The notes beneath the pieces were generated by a model, which was not told where the DNA came from, searched no databases, and saw nothing but the letters and a program-made list of their open reading frames with translations. The translations under genes and the position numbers were made by a program. From positions 119,934,221 through 119,998,220 of the forward strand of contig NC_092370.1 in NCBI RefSeq assembly GCF_030028105.1: 64,000 nt of DNA, in the 5' to 3' direction. This DNA is from Mobula birostris (Eukaryota). Below, one piece after another: positions 61,101 to 64,000 of this stretch (position 1 is the first letter of the stretch; each line of letters begins with the position of its first letter).

Positions 61101-63815
61101 GTTCCAAGCATCTGGTCTGAAATCAGAGTTTATTTAGTCTTACTGGTTCAGCTGCTCAACAAATAAACTAGCAGACTGACCCAAGGCTATTTCAGACAAA
61201 CACAGAAACACAGAAAGGGTCTGGGAACAGGAGCTGGTTATTGAGCTCAGACCTGAACTTTCCATGTCATATGATCCTGGCTGATTTAAACATCCACTCC
61301 AGTCACTTTGGACAACTCCACAACTGATCTCTAATAGGCTGTTTAGGGAAACTTTCAGCCTTCCAGTCTTGAACAAATGCTCCCTAACACAACGCCTGAG
61401 AAGGGCATCTTGTTAATATTGGCCTTTATCTTCTCCCCACCAATCTCTACATTCATTATTGTAAACCTGCAGGACAGCCTGATTTGGCAGCTGGCCAAAC
61501 CAGCAGTCTCTATAGATCACAGAAGCAGGAAGAAGAGGAGACATCAGCAATCTCTGTAAGCAGCACAACTTTTGGATGACGCTGCACAAATAAATGAAAT
61601 TATACAAATGCAGAGATGCTGGGGAAAAATACAATGAAAGGCCAACTTCAAACAACCTTTAGCTAACACTAAGATTTATTCCTCATGCTTTACTAAGGTG
61701 ATAAAACGCACAACGATTTACCATGAGCACTTGCCATGTAGGGTAATTGAAGGTCACAGGACCACAAGATCTCTATACTTCTCCACTTCTTGCCACCTGT
61801 ACATACTCCAGCTTTCTGCTGCCCTCTCTCTAAACCCCACAATTCTCTCCCTCACAATCATTGACACTTTATCTCCTTTGTACTTTTTCTTTGGCACTGA
61901 CCCAAAATTCCCTCACGTCCAGCAGCATCAACGGGTCTTCAAAACTGCCCAACACATGGCAGCCACCAGCCTGCCCACCAGCAAGAACACGTGTCCAGAA
62001 AGGTGCCAGAAATGTCACAGAGGATCCCACCCATCCTGCTCATTGACTGTTATCCCACTCCCATCAGGGGAGGAGGCTATGTAGCATCCACACCAGGATC
62101 ACCCAACTCAAAAAACAGTTGCTTTCCCCAAGCAGCAAGACAACACCTCCAACCCACCGCGTGGGCACCATGCTTGTGTAGTGGTTAGCTCAGCGCAGGG
62201 ACATCTCAGGGTGTTGGAGTTCAGAGTTCAATTCTATAGGCTAGCACAGTTCAAAAGACTGGAAGAGCCTGTTCCACCACTTCCTGCCAGTCACCAAATG
62301 TACAGACACTCCTGTGCCTCCTCACCTTATAGGCAGGCAATCAATGTACACAAGCTATCTTATGTATTCAATTTTAGCATTTTTATTAAATTGTGTTCTT
62401 TATCTTAGCGCTTTTGTTTTGTGTTGCATCAGATCCTGAGTAACAAATATTTTGTTTCCCTGTAGACTTGTATACTGGAAATGGCACTAAACAGTCTTGA
62501 GTCTTGAACATTTTTGCCAGGTTCTGTGCTTTTGTACAACTTTGCAATGCTATAGGTGCTACAGAAACGTAGTTAGTGATGTTATCGTGGCAAACTTGGA
62601 CAACCCAAGGCAAGGTCCCCAGCAGCGCTGAATATCACCCCATGACAACAGTTGGAAAACATTCAGGTGTGGACAGGGGTTGGCCGAGATTCCACCCACA
62701 TCACAAAGCCTCCCGATGCTCACCCATGAAGGTCAGCCAATTCCTCCTGCAAGATAACCCTTTCATCTCAATGAGGAAACGTATCGCATCATTTTTCCAA
62801 TTTAGCTCCCGTCGGCCGGGAATGATGGAAACATCTACCGCAACCGACGAGCGTGATTATTTCGCAAGGCCGTTAACAATTAGTAGATCACGAGGGAAGA
62901 AAGATGTTGACATTATGAAAAGCAGAAGGCGCCTTCTTGAATCTGCACAATATAACTGGGATACAGCAGCACAGAAAGTAAATCTTAACTCACTGTAGCT
63001 TTTAACAGCAACATAATTAATTTTAAGCCTCAAGCAGATACATTGAGAAAACTTCACATTTTTAAAAGGAAATAGCATTTTAATATGGAGTTTTACACCG
63101 TGCCCGATGTGTTCCTGTTCGGTTTGCTCGCCAGTCTGGCCTCACTGCACAGACAAGAAATGCTGCTTCTGCGGTGTCTGATCCGTCTCGGGCGACGATC
63201 CAACTCAAACCGTTTACAGAAGTGATACATTGAAGTAAAACAACGCTCACAATATTTTAAACACACTGAAACCCGGATGTGAAGCATTCGCCTTTCAATG
63301 CGAATGCTCGTCCAATTCGACTTATTTACAGGGTTTTCAGAGAATGCGTGCATTAACTATTTTGTTTCCAAAATTAATTTTGTTTATATCACTGAACTGC
63401 AGGCTTTAAGGTCCTGGTCACCCTGAATTTGTTACTTTTTGATACCGTAGAACGTAGATGAAAGGTCTTCGACCTGAAACATAACCACTTTATCTCTGTC
63501 CACCGCTACTGCCCGAGCTGTTTGGCCGTTTAAAATAAATAACGTCACTATTTCCTCCAGTTGCTCCTTTAAATTAACCCGCCTTTTACTATCTCCCCCT
63601 TCCTCCGGGCAATTCCCCACCGTGGGATTAACATCAGCAATTTCAACCTCAATTTAACACATGCAAGACAACGCGCACCACGACCTCAGTTTAAAAACTC
63701 ACCTGTCCAGCGGAGCAACGTTATTATTTGCATCATCTTTCGACCTCTTCCAGCCGCTGTCGGTTTTGATCCAACTCTGACCGGGGGACCGCCAGTCCTG
63801 ACCTAAGAAAGGCAT
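46026..63815 (-). CDS. FBXO32: F-box only protein 32 (atrogin-1/MAFbx), complete, 352 aa; complement(join(46026..46115,47366..47509,47620..47802,48643..48827,51657..51750,54640..54732,54828..54877,57305..57411,63703..63815))
   Basis: [18 protein letters not shown]..., [45 protein letters not shown]-box [29 protein letters not shown], ends ISLFKF*. Exons sum to 1059 nt, all GT-AG. Convergent with NTAQ1 as in mammals. Confidence 0.96.
46762..46940. repeat. Head-to-head pair of Penelope pLTR fragments in FBXO32 intron 8
   Basis: CTGCTGAAGAACTCAGCAGG...AAAAGGATAGTC is mirrored by GACTATCCTTTT...TTGCTGAGTTTCTCCAGCAG. Confidence 0.7.
47366..47509 (-). CDS. FBXO32: FBXO32 coding exon 8 (144 nt)
   Basis: tgtag|ATT CGC AAG CGT...TGG AAG|gtagag; [24 protein letters not shown]. 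Confidence 0.96.
47620..47802 (-). CDS. FBXO32: FBXO32 coding exon 7 (183 nt, F-box)
   Basis: cacag|CCT GCG AAT ACA...CGC CAG|gtacag. Confidence 0.96.
48400..48590 (+). mobile_element. CR1 3' end fragment
   Basis: KAEIDRFL...ggccaaatggcccaattctgctcc..ttatggtctta. Confidence 0.75.
48643..48827 (-). CDS. FBXO32: FBXO32 coding exon 6 (185 nt)
   Basis: ttcag|TG ATA GAA GAC...ATC AGG|gtaagt; [14 protein letters not shown]. Confidence 0.96.
49051..49112. mobile_element. 62-bp hAT-type MITE
   Basis: CAGGGGGTTTCAAAC / GGTTGGGAACTCCTG with perfect 8-bp TSD CTTTAGAA (49043-49050, 49113-49120). Confidence 0.8.
49255..50100 (-). mobile_element. Penelope-like element 3' part (GIY-YIG end plus pLTR)
   Basis: ORF 49389-49790: [38 protein letters not shown]. 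Confidence 0.8.
50794..51638. repeat. Long imperfect inverted repeat (arms ~415 nt, 11-nt loop at 51213-51223)
   Basis: AAACAGCTCCCTAG...CATCCTGTTGATAAAAC | CCAGGTCAGAC | GTTTTATCAACAGGATG...CTAGGGAGCTGTTT. Confidence 0.92.
51657..51750 (-). CDS. FBXO32: FBXO32 coding exon 5 (94 nt)
   Basis: ttgcag|TTG CTG GAG CTC...CAG AAA G|gtaaga. Confidence 0.96.
52695..53045 (+). mobile_element. Decayed CR1 3' fragment
   Basis: RRFTRILPG...SLFPKVGES-like remnants. Confidence 0.65.
54640..54732 (-). CDS. FBXO32: FBXO32 coding exon 4 (93 nt)
   Basis: ttttag|CGC CAC GGA TAT TGT...GTC CGG|gtaggt. Confidence 0.96.
54828..54877 (-). CDS. FBXO32: FBXO32 coding exon 3 (50 nt)
   Basis: ctcag|AT TTT CAC...AAG GAG|gtgagt; [17 protein letters not shown]. 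Confidence 0.95.
57305..57411 (-). CDS. FBXO32: FBXO32 coding exon 2 (107 nt)
   Basis: ttacag|T TTC TGC AAT...ATC CAA T|gtgagt; NKENF and a KKRK NLS-like motif. Confidence 0.93.
59430..59740 (+). mobile_element. RTE-like LINE remnant
   Basis: Decayed frame resembling QL(R)WAG..HMP...RKKLQ..KCNI. Confidence 0.45.
60005..60250. repeat. Old interspersed LINE-tail repeat (copies also at ~15100-15400, ~46520-46720 and ~46955-47150)
   Basis: Shared TGCAGTCCTTC(T/C)GGT(G/A)AAGATG(C/T)T...GGGAGTTCCAGG motif between copies. Confidence 0.55.
60580..60985 (-). mobile_element. Rex1/Babar-like LINE 3' fragment
   Basis: Clear similarity to 28200-28560 (GATGGTAG..ATGAGAAG..GGCATGT..TGGATGGTGAGGGTCCT). 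Confidence 0.75.
61925..62510 (+). mobile_element. Rex1/Babar-like LINE 3' fragment interrupted by a tRNA-like SINE head (~62163-62240)
   Basis: [17 protein letters not shown] frame plus tail; the insert has A-box and B-box-like motifs TAGTGGTTAGC / GAGTTCAATTC. Confidence 0.6.
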
Positions 63816-64000
63816 CCTGATCGAGCCTGGAAAGGTAAACTCTTGTTATTGCAAACCTTTTCCTTCACTTTGAGCAGAAACTTTGCCTCCTCTCCTCGTT
63901 AAACGCTGTGTTGCTTCCTTTAAGTAGGGATGCACTCGCTCTGATAAAAGTTTTGCGCAGTCGCGATGTTCAAGTGTGCTGCGAATTTCTTTTTCAAAGC
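62780..64000 (-). promoter_or_regulatory. CpG-enriched 5' region of FBXO32 (5' UTR, promoter-proximal sequence, start of intron 1)
   Basis: Visible rise in CpG dinucleotides around exon 1 compared with the CpG-depleted rest of the window. Confidence 0.55.
63703..63815 (-). CDS. FBXO32: FBXO32 coding exon 1 (113 nt)
   Basis: ATG CCT TTC TTA GGT CAG GAC TGG...GAC AG|gtgagt. Confidence 0.96.

Noticed and set aside
62163-62240. tRNA gene
   Set aside because: Only degenerate A/B-box-like motifs with no cloverleaf; consistent with a SINE head.
46026-63815. Identification as the paralog FBXO25
   Set aside because: The RSPGQSW start, short exon 2, [20 protein letters not shown] and adjacency to NTAQ1 fit FBXO32 better.
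1-64000. CRISPR arrays, rRNA genes, prokaryotic operons, endogenous viral genes or a domesticated transposase gene
   Set aside because: No regularly spaced repeats or rRNA-like sequence; the only long ORF is the CR1 ORF2, and the DNA is intron-exon structured vertebrate sequence.

Overview
Eukaryotic (vertebrate) genomic DNA. The repeat content suggests a cartilaginous fish, probably a ray; this is an inference. The window holds two convergent spliced genes, reconstructed by hand from GT-AG boundaries. NTAQ1/WDYHV1 (N-terminal glutamine amidase) is on + with coding exons 2-6 at 2502-15884; exon 1 lies upstream of the window. FBXO32 (atrogin-1/MAFbx) is complete on -, with 9 coding exons at 63815-46026, 1059 nt, 352 aa, and a ~3.3 kb TE-poor 3' UTR. 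Introns and the ~26 kb tail-to-tail gap are filled with CR1 LINEs (one with an uninterrupted 963-codon endonuclease-RT frame), Rex/Babar-like and RTE-like LINE pieces, Penelope-like (GIY-YIG) elements with hammerhead-ribozyme-like ends, V-SINE-like SINEs, and Tc1/pogo/hAT non-autonomous transposons, often nested. Most notable observations: (1) the young CR1 has a canonical -1 frameshift heptamer (U_UUA_AAC, overlapped by G_GGU_UUA) right before the ORF1 stop, leading into an ORF2 with no usable AUG; (2) a ~840-nt foldback hairpin starts ~17 nt from the FBXO32 exon 5 donor; (3) a perfect TACTAAC branch point for an NTAQ1 exon comes from an antisense CR1 RT fragment; (4) two tiny hammerhead-like insertions are flanked by target-site duplications. 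TE boundaries are approximate unless a TSD or TIR is stated; no searches were run.
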